Positions 1 to 9,330 of a stretch of DNA of 61,559 nucleotides are shown piece after piece. Position numbers and translations under genes: made by a program. Origin of the DNA: Rikenellaceae bacterium DTU049 (GTDB lineage: Bacteria; Bacteroidota; Bacteroidia; Bacteroidales; DTU049); assembly GCA_001513285.1 (NCBI GenBank), contig LFTI01000013.1, positions 1 through 61,559 of the forward strand, in the 5' to 3' direction. Within the stretch, counting starts at the first letter, position 1, and the number at the start of each line of letters is the position of its first letter. The notes beneath the pieces were generated by a model, which ran no database searches, was not told the origin of the DNA, and saw only the letters and a program-made list of their open reading frames with translations.

Positions 1-530
1 TTTCTCATTGCTCGTTTCATTTCTCTGACACTTGAATATTTTCTACCCTTTTCAGAATAATCCATCAGCAATTCGTCTATTTCTACTATGCCAAAGAAAT
101 TAACATTTTTGTCAAAATTCTTTAATGCAGCGAGGATTTTGTGTCGCCAGGCGAAGCTTGTTGGCAGACTTATGCCAACCTCTCTAGCACAAGCTCTGAG
201 ACTTTTGCCAGCAACCATACAGCGAATATACTCGAGCATAAGTTGAGATTTTTGCAATCGATAAACAAAAGTGCCAGTAGTAATCCTGAATTGTCTGCCA
301 CAGTGCTTACAACGATAATTTTGCATACCTTTTTGTTTACCATTTTTTACAATATCGTTGCTACGACAGTTTGGACATAGTGGAGGAGTGCTTTGAATTT
401 TTAAACCTTGGTAATCTACTACGTCAGCTTCGTTCTGTAGTAGGAAATCGTAGAGATTATCGAAGAAGGCTTTTGAGTCTTCCTTACTCATGCCCAGGTG
501 TTCATTAATATTATTAAATAAAGTCTTCAT
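1..530 (-). CDS. IS1595-family (ISXO2-like) transposase, N-terminal 176 codons, partial
   Basis: Hand translation of the minus strand from ATG 530..528 gives MKTLFNNINEHLGMSKEDSKAFFDNLYDFL...CPNCRSNDIVKNGKQKGMQNYRCKHCGRQF...GKSLRACAREVGISLPTSFAWRHKIL...VEIDELLMDYSEKGRKY. This is collinear with the 329-aa transposases at 28660 and 49615. It is absent from the ORF track because it has no stop inside the window. Confidence 0.8.
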   Translation of the reverse strand, partial: MKTLFNNINEHLGMSKEDSKAFFDNLYDFLLQNEADVVDYQGLKIQSTPPLCPNCRSNDIVKNGKQKGMQNYRCKHCGRQFRITTGTFVYRLQKSQLMLEYIRCMVAGKSLRACAREVGISLPTSFAWRHKILAALKNFDKNVNFFGIVEIDELLMDYSEKGRKYSSVREMKRAMR

Positions 531-601
531 AAATATTGATTTTTTGGCAAATATACATAAAAATTTTTATATGATATTAATATCATTAATTACTTTAAAC
601 A
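1..601 (-). mobile_element. IS1595-family insertion sequence, diverged paralogue of the copies at 28.6 and 48.6 kb. Truncated by the window edge, so only its left end is present.
   Basis: The minus-strand transposase ORF runs off the window. The 22-nt end sequence at 580-601 (revcomp tgtttaaagtaattaatgatat) is followed inward by a tatatttg box and then the ATG at 530. Confidence 0.7.
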
Positions 602-665
602 TAAAATAATGATTATCATATCCCATAAATCAACCTTCGCAATAATTCAACTCATATTTTTTAAA

Positions 666-673
666 TATTTTTG
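666..673 (+). promoter_or_regulatory. Bacteroidota-type -7 box (TAnnTTTG) upstream of guaA
   Basis: tatttttg lies 18 nt upstream of the ATG at 691. The same motif recurs upstream of many genes in this window. Confidence 0.4.
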
Positions 674-690
674 TAAATAAATTTTTTATA

Positions 691-2214
691 ATGGATAAAA
701 TCATAATTCTTGATAATGGCTCTCAATATACTCAATTGATAGCTCGTAATATTAGAGAGGCAAATGTTTATTGTGAAGTTTTACCTTGGTTCGAGGAGAT
801 CATTTCTTTTGATAACATTAAAGGTATAATACTAAGTGGTAGTCCTTATTCCGTTAATGATGATCAGGCACCTACTCCTAATTTAGAAAATTATATTGGA
901 AAAATTCCAATTCTAGGTATTTGTTATGGTGCTCAATATATGGCAAAATATTTTGGTGGAGAAGTGGTGAAAACTTCTATTTCTGAATATGGACCTCGTA
1001 AGCTATCGTTTGTAGACAGTAGTAGTTTATTATTTAAAAATGTTAAATCTGAATATATTGTTTGGATGTCTCATAGTGATACTATTGTTAGTATTCCTCA
1101 AAATTTAAAAATTAATTGTTCTACGGATGATGTTAAAATAGCTGGTTTCGAAGATTATTCTCAAAAAATTTATGGTGTTCAGTTCCATCCTGAAGTGTAT
1201 CACAGTGTGATTGGTAAAGATGTTTTAAAAAATTTTTTAGATATTTGTAATGTTTCTTATGATTGGACACCTTCTTATTTTATTAAAAAGACAATTGAGG
1301 ATATTAAAAATCTAGTAGGAGATGATGAAGTTGTCATAGGACTGTCTGGTGGTGTAGATAGTACTGTAGCCGCAACACTTATTAATCAAGCTATTGGTGA
1401 TAGATTGCATGGGATATTTATTGATACTGGACTTTTGAGAAAAAATGAATTTAGTGAAGTTTTAGAAAATTATAAACGTATTGGAATTAATGTGAAGGGG
1501 ATTGAAGCTTCAGATATATTTCTTTCTCGTCTTGCTAATGTTATTGATCCAGAAGAAAAAAGGAAAATTATTGGTAAAACTTTTATAGATATTTTTGAAA
1601 ATGAAGCAAAAAAAATCAATAATGTTAGATGGTTAGCTCAGGGAACTATTTATCCCGATGTTATAGAGTCTGCTGTTAATAATATTTCAGCTAAGACTAT
1701 TAAATCTCATCATAATGTTGGTGGGCTTCCAGAAAAGTTGAATCTGAAATTATTAGAACCTCTAAGAATGCTTTTTAAAGATGAAGTTCGTAAAGTTGGT
1801 AATGAGTTAGCTATACCTTCAGATTTAGTCAATAGACATCCTTTTCCTGGTCCTGGCTTAGCTGTTAGGATAATTGGCGATATTACACTTGATAAAATTA
1901 AAATTCTGCAAGAGGTTGATGATATTTATATTAAAATGTTGAAAGAGAATGATTTATATGATGAAATCTGGCAAGCTTTTGCTGTACTTTTACCTATAAA
2001 AAGTGTTGGTGTTATGGGCGATGAACGTAGCTATGAGAATGTGATAGCTCTACGTGCAGTTAATTCAGTAGATGGTATGACTGCAAATCCTTTTGCTTTT
2101 CCATTTGATTTTTTAGCAAGTCTAGCTAATGAAATTATTAATAAAGTAAAAGGTGTAAATAGAGTAGTATATGATATTAGCTCTAAACCACCTGCTACTA
2201 TTGAATGGGAATAA
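691..2214 (+). CDS. guaA: GMP synthase (glutamine-hydrolysing)
   Basis: Class-I amidotransferase N-terminus (ILGICYGAQ, FHPEV), PP-loop SGGVDS, and the C-terminal PPATIEWE typical of GuaA. Confidence 0.95.
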   Translation: MDKIIILDNGSQYTQLIARNIREANVYCEVLPWFEEIISFDNIKGIILSGSPYSVNDDQAPTPNLENYIGKIPILGICYGAQYMAKYFGGEVVKTSISEYGPRKLSFVDSSSLLFKNVKSEYIVWMSHSDTIVSIPQNLKINCSTDDVKIAGFEDYSQKIYGVQFHPEVYHSVIGKDVLKNFLDICNVSYDWTPSYFIKKTIEDIKNLVGDDEVVIGLSGGVDSTVAATLINQAIGDRLHGIFIDTGLLRKNEFSEVLENYKRIGINVKGIEASDIFLSRLANVIDPEEKRKIIGKTFIDIFENEAKKINNVRWLAQGTIYPDVIESAVNNISAKTIKSHHNVGGLPEKLNLKLLEPLRMLFKDEVRKVGNELAIPSDLVNRHPFPGPGLAVRIIGDITLDKIKILQEVDDIYIKMLKENDLYDEIWQAFAVLLPIKSVGVMGDERSYENVIALRAVNSVDGMTANPFAFPFDFLASLANEIINKVKGVNRVVYDISSKPPATIEWE

Positions 2215-2267
2215 AATATTTACAATAAAAAAGCTTTTTATGTCTATTAATTTGGTATATCTAATTA

Positions 2268-2440
2268 GGCGTTTAATTAATAACTAAATTATTACTTGTT
2301 CATTCTCGGTTGTAACTATATTTTTTTTGAGTATAATTGATTTTTATTAAATTTCTATTTGCTTTATTTTTCTTTGTCAACTCAGCAAAGAAAAGTGACA
2401 AAAGCAAAGTCTTCGCCGGTGAAATGCGGATTTGACAAAG
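2268..2440 (+). repeat. Intergenic repeat family A, copy 1 (~170 bp; head ggcNtttaattaataactaaatt, internal hairpin ttttctttg/caaagaaaa)
   Basis: Aligns by eye with 9331-9482, 13511-13620, 45461-45605 and, in reverse, 40726-40800. Confidence 0.75.
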
Positions 2441-2461
2441 AGATTTTAAAATTATCAAATT

Positions 2462-2644
2462 ATTGTTTAAATTAATTAATGATATCTGATTAATAATTTT
2501 TTAATACTTAAACCCTTTATTAATAAATATTATTTAGAAATTATTTTTTAAAATTAAATTTTTATAGAATCTCTTTATAATTTAGAATTATAGAAACATT
2601 AATCAAAATATTTTTAAATTAAAATATCATTACTTAATTTAAAC
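2462..2644. mobile_element. MITE family B, copy 1 (183 bp, ~22-nt terminal inverted repeats)
   Basis: Left end ttgtttaaattaattaatgatat, right end atatcattacttaatttaaac. Same length and ends as copies at 9118, 13300 and 57680. Confidence 0.75.
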
Positions 2645-2666
2645 TTTTTTAAAAGATTATTTATCT

Positions 2667-2720
2667 AATTTACTTTTCTTTGTCAACCACACAAAGAAAA
2701 GTCTCCGCTAGGGTAATGCT
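2667..2720 (+). repeat. Repeat family A, tail fragment with hairpin (cttttctttgt caaccac acaaagaaaag tctccgct)
   Basis: Same module as 45556-45612. The sequence after it (to ~2800) also parallels 45750-45830. Confidence 0.7.
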
Positions 2721-2861
2721 ATAGTTTACTAATTATTGAAAAGGTATTCAAAGGTATTCTTTTAATATGAAAAGTTGAAAAAGACTTTATTATCTATACA
2801 ACTATTTTAATTTAGAAAATTTAATATTTTATAATTAATTAATGAAAGAAAATCTAACACA

Positions 2862-4214
2862 TTAAAAAACTCCAATTCCATTTAAAAATACTAATAATAT
2901 TACTATTGGTGAAATATATTTCACTATAAAGAAAATTACAGGCCTTAGTGCTAAAGTGAATTTTTTATGTACACCATATGAAAGTTCTTCATAAAAAATA
3001 TCTTTTTTCAAATACCAGCCTACATATATCATAATTAGTAACCCACCAAGAGGAAGCAAAATATTCGATGATAAATAATCAAAGATATCAAAGATATACA
3101 TTTTGTTTCCACTTGCTGTTGTTAAAAATATATTTTGAAAAGTATTCCAAGATAATGTTGTAAAAACGCCTAAAATTATTACTGAAATTGTAGTTAATAT
3201 AGTTGATAATGTTCTAGACCAGTGCAATTCCTCTTTTAGTACAGCTACTATTACTTCTAATAATGAAATCGAAGAGGAGATGGATGCTATTAATAAAAGA
3301 ACAAAAAATATTGTTGAGAAACCTGCTCCCCATGGCATTTTTTCAAAAATAGCTGGCAAAGTTATAAAAATAAGTCCTGGCCCCTGATCAGGAGCTGCAT
3401 TGAATGAAAACAAGGTAGGAAATATCACAAAACCTCCTAATATCGAAACCATAATATCTGTCATGGCTGCTGATGTACTAACAAAGTTTAAATTTTCATT
3501 TTTTTGTATATATGAACCATATGTTAACATGGCTCCCATTCCAATGCTAAGTGAAAAAAAAGCTTGTCCCATTGCTGCCAAAAATGTCGTTCCTGTAACT
3601 TTACTAAAATCTGGTTTTAAGAAAAAATTAACTCCACTACCTGCACCCGGTAATGTAACAGCTCTAATTACTAATATTATCAACATTAACACTAAGGTTG
3701 GTATCATAATTTTAGAACAATTTTCTATCCCTTTTTTTACTCCTCCTAATATGATTGCTGCTGTTAATAGCAGAAAAACTATTTGCCATAATAATGGTAA
3801 AAAACTGTTATCTTTAAAATTTAAAAAATAATTTTGATAGTCTGTATGAAATACTTCTCCATTAATGCTAGCATAAATATAATGAATCGTCCAGCCGCCT
3901 ACAGTACTGTAAAATGTTAATATTAAAAAGGCTGCTAATAGACCAATAATACCAATTATTATAGAACTTTTAGGTCCTAATTTTTTAAAACTTCCTATAA
4001 CATTAGCTTGTGCTCGCCTGCCTAACATCATTTCAGACATTAAAAGTGGTACACCTAATATTAAAACAATTAAAATATAGATTATTAGGAAGGCACCACC
4101 ACCATTCTGACCAGCTACATAAGGAAATCTCCATATATTACCTAATCCAACTGCAGAACCTACAGCAGCTGCTATTATGCCAAATGTTGAAGTAAAATTT
4201 TCACGATTAGACAT
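2862..4214 (-). CDS. Sodium-dependent transporter, neurotransmitter:sodium symporter (SNF/NSS) family
   Basis: N-terminal GLGNIWRFPYVAGQNGGGAFLI signature and about 11-12 hydrophobic segments. Confidence 0.9.
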   Translation of the reverse strand: MSNRENFTSTFGIIAAAVGSAVGLGNIWRFPYVAGQNGGGAFLIIYILIVLILGVPLLMSEMMLGRRAQANVIGSFKKLGPKSSIIIGIIGLLAAFLILTFYSTVGGWTIHYIYASINGEVFHTDYQNYFLNFKDNSFLPLLWQIVFLLLTAAIILGGVKKGIENCSKIMIPTLVLMLIILVIRAVTLPGAGSGVNFFLKPDFSKVTGTTFLAAMGQAFFSLSIGMGAMLTYGSYIQKNENLNFVSTSAAMTDIMVSILGGFVIFPTLFSFNAAPDQGPGLIFITLPAIFEKMPWGAGFSTIFFVLLLIASISSSISLLEVIVAVLKEELHWSRTLSTILTTISVIILGVFTTLSWNTFQNIFLTTASGNKMYIFDIFDYLSSNILLPLGGLLIMIYVGWYLKKDIFYEELSYGVHKKFTLALRPVIFFIVKYISPIVILLVFLNGIGVF

Positions 4215-4265
4215 ATGTAAAATTTTTTCACAAACTTATAAAAATTTTTAAAAATTAATAAAATC

Positions 4266-4535
4266 TTGATTCTATAAAGTTTGTTATGAGTAAATTATTT
4301 ATCTGTCCAATTGTTGTTATTTATTAGTCCACAAATGCACACAAATGATCACAAATTAAAAATCAAGGTTAATAAGTATAGTAGTTTAGCAAGATATTAG
4401 TTGTAAATTAATTAACAAATGTACTAAAAAAACTAAATAATTAGTATTAATTTGTGTAAATCTGTGTATAAAATTATTGACATTGAAGGTTTGTTATTTA
4501 TTGTCCATAAATGCAAACAAATTATAAATCAATGT
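4266..4535 (+). repeat. Repeat family C, copy 1. Shares the left end of MITE family D and contains CACAAAT motifs phased every 10 bp.
   Basis: cacaaat starts at 4330, 4340 and 4350, with an inverted aatttgtgtaaatctgtg at ~4449 and a second direct block at ~4500. The left end ttgattctataaagtttg resembles the D-family TIR. Confidence 0.65.
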
Positions 4536-4546
4536 TGAAGGGTTTT

Positions 4547-4921
4547 TCAATTTATATCTAATTCATCCCAGTATTCCACTGCTTTTCTCAAATGTGGGAT
4601 AACAATAGTCCCACCCACTAAGTTAGCTATAGACAGTGCTTCCATTATTTTTTCAGTTGAGATTTTTAATTCAAAACATTGTTCTAAATGATATTTTACG
4701 CATTCATCACAACGCAATACTAGTGATGTGCATAGTCCAATCAGTTCTTTGGTTTCTCTATCTAAAGCTCCATCGGTGTATGCTTGTTTGTCTAAGCTAA
4801 ATATCCTATTGATAACTAAATTATTTTTTTCGAATATTTTTTCATCTAATTTTTTTCTAATTTCTCTTGCTGATTTTATTTTTGTATTCATAATTGATAT
4901 TATAACTTGTTTTTTGTCCAT
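4547..4921 (-). CDS. Carboxymuconolactone decarboxylase (AhpD-like) family protein
   Basis: ALDRETKELIGLCTSLVLRCDECVKYHLEQC carries the CxxC motif typical of the CMD/AhpD fold. Confidence 0.75.
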   Translation of the reverse strand: MDKKQVIISIMNTKIKSAREIRKKLDEKIFEKNNLVINRIFSLDKQAYTDGALDRETKELIGLCTSLVLRCDECVKYHLEQCFELKISTEKIMEALSIANLVGGTIVIPHLRKAVEYWDELDIN

Positions 4922-5436
4922 GTTTCATAATGAAATATCAACCCATTCTCTTCATAATTGTCTGAATGTTCTATCTTTTGCCAATTTTTAATTATATTAT
5001 TGTAATCTGGTAAAAATGTATCACAATCAAAAATGTCATGAATAATAGTCAAATACATTTTAGAGACAAATGGCAAAGCTTGTTTAAAAATAGTTGCTCC
5101 ACCAATAATGAAATATTCTTTATCTTTTTGTAATTTATTATATAAGTTTTCCCATGATGGATATGAAATTAAATTTTCTTGATTAAGATTTAATGATTTT
5201 GATAATACAATATTTAGTCTGCCTGGCAGGGGTTTTTTAGGTAGAGATAAATAAGTATTTTTGCCCATAACTATTGGATTGCCCATAGTAATTTCCTTAA
5301 ATCTTTTGAGATCTGATGATAAATGCCAAGGCATGTCATTATTTTTACCTATACATAGATTAAGGTCATGAGCCACAATTATTGACCAATGATAATTAGA
5401 TAATTTATTTATTAATTCTTCTGTTAATTCTTCCAT
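4900..5436 (-). CDS. folA: Dihydrofolate reductase
   Basis: IGKNNDMPWHL..DLKRFKEITMGNPIVMGKNTY.SLP..PLPGRLNIVLS. It overlaps the downstream CMD gene by 22 nt and lies next to thyA. Confidence 0.9.
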   Translation of the reverse strand: MEELTEELINKLSNYHWSIIVAHDLNLCIGKNNDMPWHLSSDLKRFKEITMGNPIVMGKNTYLSLPKKPLPGRLNIVLSKSLNLNQENLISYPSWENLYNKLQKDKEYFIIGGATIFKQALPFVSKMYLTIIHDIFDCDTFLPDYNNIIKNWQKIEHSDNYEENGLIFHYETWTKNKL

Positions 5437-5586
5437 ACCAATTATTATTAAGCTATTAATTCTACAATATTTCTTAATTACATCTAATCAAGCTACACTT
5501 TCACTCTGTCCCTATTTTGTCTTATTTTTTTTTCATACAATCAACTTTTTACCAAGTCAACAAGTCTCCCCCTCTCCTTATCCTAA

Positions 5587-6381
5587 TCACACTGCTACGT
5601 CAGCTTTAATAGAAGGATGAGCTTGATAATTGATAATTTCGATATCTTCAAATTTGAAATCATCAATATTTTTAATATCAGGATTTAATTTTAGTTGTGG
5701 TAAAGGAAAAGGTTCACGAGATAATTGTAGTTTGGCTTGTTCAATATGATTTAGATATAAATGCACATCACCAAAAGTATGAATAAACTCACCTACTTGC
5801 AGTCCTGTCACTTGTGCAATCATATGTGTAAGTAGTGAATATGAAGCAATATTAAAAGGTACACCCAAAAAAACATCAGCACTACGTTGATATAACTGAC
5901 AAGAAAGTTTATTATTAACTACGTAAAATTGGAATAAAACATGGCAAGGGGGCAATTTCATCTCAGAGATTTCAGCTACATTCCATGCACTCACTATCAA
6001 GCGTCTACTATTAGGATTTTTAATTATTTCATTAATGACCCATGATAGTTGATCTATAACTTTACCATCTTTTCCTTCCCATCTACGCCATTGTTTCCCA
6101 TAGATTGGACCTAAATCACCATTTTCATCTGCCCATTCATCCCATATACTCACATTATTATCATGTAGAAATTTAATATTTGTATCACCGTGTATGAACC
6201 ATAATAGTTCATAAATTATGCTTCTTAAATGCAATTTTTTAGTAGTTACTAATGGAAAGCCTTTTTGAAGATCAAAACGCATTTGATATCCAAAGACACT
6301 CCTAGTACCGACTCCCGTGCGATCATTTTTTTCTATTCCATTATCTAAAATATATTGTAATAAATCTAAATATTGTTTCAT
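5587..6381 (-). CDS. thyA: Thymidylate synthase (ThyA type)
   Basis: [19 protein letters not shown], the active-site PPCH..FQFYV, and C-terminal ...IKADVAV. Confidence 0.97.
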   Translation of the reverse strand: MKQYLDLLQYILDNGIEKNDRTGVGTRSVFGYQMRFDLQKGFPLVTTKKLHLRSIIYELLWFIHGDTNIKFLHDNNVSIWDEWADENGDLGPIYGKQWRRWEGKDGKVIDQLSWVINEIIKNPNSRRLIVSAWNVAEISEMKLPPCHVLFQFYVVNNKLSCQLYQRSADVFLGVPFNIASYSLLTHMIAQVTGLQVGEFIHTFGDVHLYLNHIEQAKLQLSREPFPLPQLKLNPDIKNIDDFKFEDIEIINYQAHPSIKADVAV

Positions 6382-6393
6382 TCTATGATATTA

Positions 6394-7641
6394 TTATACG
6401 TGTACATTTTCGAAATCTGCTGGATTATGTTTATGTTTAAAAAATATTGCAAAAGCAATAGTAACTATTAATGAATAAATAGCGAAACTTAACCAGGTTT
6501 GGTGCCACATAATTTCTCCATTTGTTACAAAGAATTTCTCTATAACTACACCACTCAATAAGCTACCTGTTAATGCCCCTAATCCATTGGTCATAAGCAT
6601 AAATAATCCTTGAGAGCTGGCACGAATGGCTGGCTGTACTTGAGTTTCTACAAATAAAGAACCAGAAATATTGAAAAAATCAAAAGCCATTCCATAAACT
6701 ATGCAAGACAAAATAATCATCCACAATCTATCAGTGGGATTGCCATAAGCAAATAATCCAAACCTCAATACCCATGCTACCATACTCATGAGCATTACGT
6801 TTTTAATACCATATCTTTTCAAAAAAAATGGTATAGCAAGTATAAATAATGCTTCAGATATCTGTGAGATAGACATTATAATTGCTGGGTATTTTACTGC
6901 TAGAGAGTTAGCATATTCAGGTATTTTAGCAAAATCATGTATAAAAGTATCGCCATATGCATTAGTTAATTGTAATGAAACTCCTAGTAGAAATGAGAAA
7001 ACGAAGAAAAGAGCCATTTTGGTATTTTTGAATAATTTAAAAGCATTTAATCCAAGAGCTTCGGTTAGATTTGCTTTTTTGCCTTTGCCTAGAGGAGGGC
7101 ATTTGGGTAATGTAAATGAATATAAAGCTAAAAATAATGATGATCCAGAAGCAATGTAAAATTGTATTGGTGAAGTTTCTACTTGCAATAGGCTCACTGT
7201 CCATAGAGCTATTATGAAACCTATCGTTCCAAAAACCCTTATAGGTGGATATGTCTTTACCAAATCCATTTTTGCATTCTCTAATGATGTATAGCTAATA
7301 GTGATAGCTAACGAAATCGTCGGCATATAAAAGCACATATTGAGTAACATTACCCAGAAAAATACTATAGGACTATTAATAGATGGTAGAATAAAAAGTA
7401 AAATAGCACCACAAAGATGAAATAAAGCGTATAATTTCTCAGTATTCAACCATTTATCAGCAATAATTCCCGCTATAGTAGGCATAAATAAAGAAGCTAT
7501 TCCCATCGTAGAGAATACTAATCCAAATTCTGTAGGTGTCCATCCTTTGTATTGAAACCAGAATGCTCCTAACGTTAAAAGCCATGAACCCCAGATAAAA
7601 AATTGAAAAAAGTTCATGATAATTAATCTAAATCTTAACAT
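6394..7641 (-). CDS. MFS transporter, nucleoside:H+ symporter (NupG/XapB-like) family
   Basis: The N-terminus FFQFFIWGSWLLTLG resembles NupG, with 12 predicted TM segments. Lies in a thyA-folA nucleotide-metabolism context. Confidence 0.7.
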   Translation of the reverse strand: MLRFRLIIMNFFQFFIWGSWLLTLGAFWFQYKGWTPTEFGLVFSTMGIASLFMPTIAGIIADKWLNTEKLYALFHLCGAILLFILPSINSPIVFFWVMLLNMCFYMPTISLAITISYTSLENAKMDLVKTYPPIRVFGTIGFIIALWTVSLLQVETSPIQFYIASGSSLFLALYSFTLPKCPPLGKGKKANLTEALGLNAFKLFKNTKMALFFVFSFLLGVSLQLTNAYGDTFIHDFAKIPEYANSLAVKYPAIIMSISQISEALFILAIPFFLKRYGIKNVMLMSMVAWVLRFGLFAYGNPTDRLWMIILSCIVYGMAFDFFNISGSLFVETQVQPAIRASSQGLFMLMTNGLGALTGSLLSGVVIEKFFVTNGEIMWHQTWLSFAIYSLIVTIAFAIFFKHKHNPADFENVHV

Positions 7642-7649
7642 ATGGTTTG

Positions 7650-8297
7650 TTATTTTTGTTCTCTTCTTTTTATTTCATCTCTTATCAATGAGGCTAATTC
7701 ATATAGCTCGCCTTCTACACATTTATCTAATAATATTTTTAAATCTTCTATAGACAATATTTCTAATCTTTTTTTAATAAATTGAGGATCTAGATCTTTA
7801 AATTTTTCTAATGAAAAGTCTTGAATAACGTCATAAGTATTTTCTTCTATGTCACTATCATATTCATTTTTTTGTATCTCATATTTATTCTCAAAAATAT
7901 TACCAACCTCATCTAATATATGCTCATAAACAAAAATCGGTACATTAGCTCGCAGAGCTATAGCTATACAATCTGATGGACGTGCATCTATTCTTTTTAA
8001 TTGCCCATTATATTCGATAACTAAATAAGCATAAAAAATACCTTCATCATATTTATAGATCAGAACTTCGACAATTCTTATATCTATTTCTTTAATTAAT
8101 TGAATAAATAAATCGTGAGTCAAAGGACGAGGATAAGATATTTTTTCTAAAGCAATAGCTATAGATTGAGCTTCTGCCACACCTATTAACATTGGTAGAG
8201 TGCGATTACCATATTTCTCTATCAATATAATTGCATAAGCATTTATAGACGGACTACTAGGCATTAGCCCACTAACTTCAAGCTCTATCTTTGACAT
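7650..8297 (-). CDS. Bifunctional nuclease (DUF151/BFN) family protein with C-terminal UVR-like helix
   Basis: PMLIGVAEAQSIAIAL...RPLTHDL....DARPSDCIAIALRANVPIF matches the BFN pattern. The C-terminus ELYELASLIRDEIKRRE resembles a UvrB/C motif. Confidence 0.75.
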   Translation of the reverse strand: MSKIELEVSGLMPSSPSINAYAIILIEKYGNRTLPMLIGVAEAQSIAIALEKISYPRPLTHDLFIQLIKEIDIRIVEVLIYKYDEGIFYAYLVIEYNGQLKRIDARPSDCIAIALRANVPIFVYEHILDEVGNIFENKYEIQKNEYDSDIEENTYDVIQDFSLEKFKDLDPQFIKKRLEILSIEDLKILLDKCVEGELYELASLIRDEIKRREQK

Positions 8298-8358
8298 TTA
8301 TTATTTTTATGTTACAAAGATAATTAAAAAATTATAAAGTAGTTTAAAAAAATTTTTT

Positions 8359-8640
8359 AGGCTCTGTAATGTTTATTATAGGTAAATTATTTAGGTTAAT
8401 TATTGTTGCTATTAGTCCACAAATGGACACAAATGGGCACAAATTATAAATTAAAGTTGATTAGTTTAGTAGTTTATGAGTTGAGGAGTTTTGTGAGATA
8501 TAAGTAGAAAATTAATTAACAAATTCATTCAAAAAGTTAAATCATCAGTGTTAATTTGTGTAAATCTGTGGATGAAATTATAGACATTGCGAGTTAGATA
8601 TTTATTGTCAACAAATGCACCCAAATGAGCAACAATAATA
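8359..8640 (+). repeat. Repeat family C, copy 2 (CACAAAT phased at 10 bp)
   Basis: cacaaat starts at 8418, 8428 and 8438, with an inverted ttaatttgtgtaaatctgtgg at ~8550. Collinear with 4266-4535. Confidence 0.65.
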
Positions 8641-8691
8641 GATTCAATCCCAAAATCTTTTAATCCCAAAAATCATGGTTCAGACAATAAA

Positions 8692-8948
8692 GAGGTAATA
8701 AGTGGTTAATGATTAGTGATTAGTGATGGATGATGAGTGAAATGGAGAAGTTTTTATAAGCTAATTAGTGAAAAAACTAAGCATATCCTCACTATCTCTC
8801 TCAGTCATCAATTCTCCATTTATCCTTTTCTCTCCGTCACCCCCTCTCCCCATCACCTCGTTCTCTGTCTCCCATCAACTAATCAACTTTTCAACTTCAT
8901 CACCTATTCTCCCAGTCTCCCCATCACCTATCACCTATCACTTATCAA
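8692..8948. repeat. Tandem degenerate heptamer/octamer array with opposed arms: purine-rich arm 8692-8750, linker 8751-8782, pyrimidine-rich arm 8788-8948
   Basis: The left arm has units of type NNGTGAT. The right arm is the complement type (ctcccca/tcaccta/tcacctc...). The linker aagctaattagtgaaaaaactaa recurs reversed at 25836-25858 and in variant form at ~60899-60920. Confidence 0.8.
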
Positions 8949-9117
8949 TAATAAAGAAAGAGGTATGGGCTTTGGCCCAGAAAGATAATTTTCCTTTACC
9001 TTTTATTTCCCCTGAAAAAGTTGCATAAATTACTTGAATTTAGTTGGAATATATGAGAACTTTTAAAAATTTTTCTATCTGTCTGTTATTAAACAATTTA
9101 CAAAATAAAATAATTAT

Positions 9118-9300
9118 TTGTTTAAAATAAGTAATGATATTTAGTTAATTGTTTTATCTATTTTAAATTCATTATTTATGAACATTTAATAGGAATATTT
9201 TCTAAAATATTAATTTTTAATAATTTTCTTTATAATCTATAATACAAAAAGTATTAATAGTAATTTAATTAAATTCATATATCATTACCTAATTTAAACA
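9118..9300. mobile_element. MITE family B, copy 2 (183 bp)
   Basis: Ends are tttgtttaaaataagtaatgatat and atatcattacctaatttaaaca. The interior is highly similar to copy 3. Confidence 0.8.
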
Positions 9301-9330
9301 TTTATTAGAATTATTAATTTTTATTTATTA

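Noticed and set aside
141-380. 79-aa ORF on the plus strand from the supplied track
   Set aside because: It lies antisense inside the clearly recognisable, window-truncated IS1595 transposase gene (minus strand, 1-530) and has no recognisable features.
8737-9028. Two overlapping ORFs (83 and 86 aa), and similarly the 88-aa ORF at 25580-25846, encoding S/P/L/H/I-rich low-complexity proteins
   Set aside because: They sit exactly on the hepta/octanucleotide tandem arrays. A 7/8-nt period is not a multiple of 3, and several frames are open simply because the units lack stop codons. I treat them as artefacts of the repeats.
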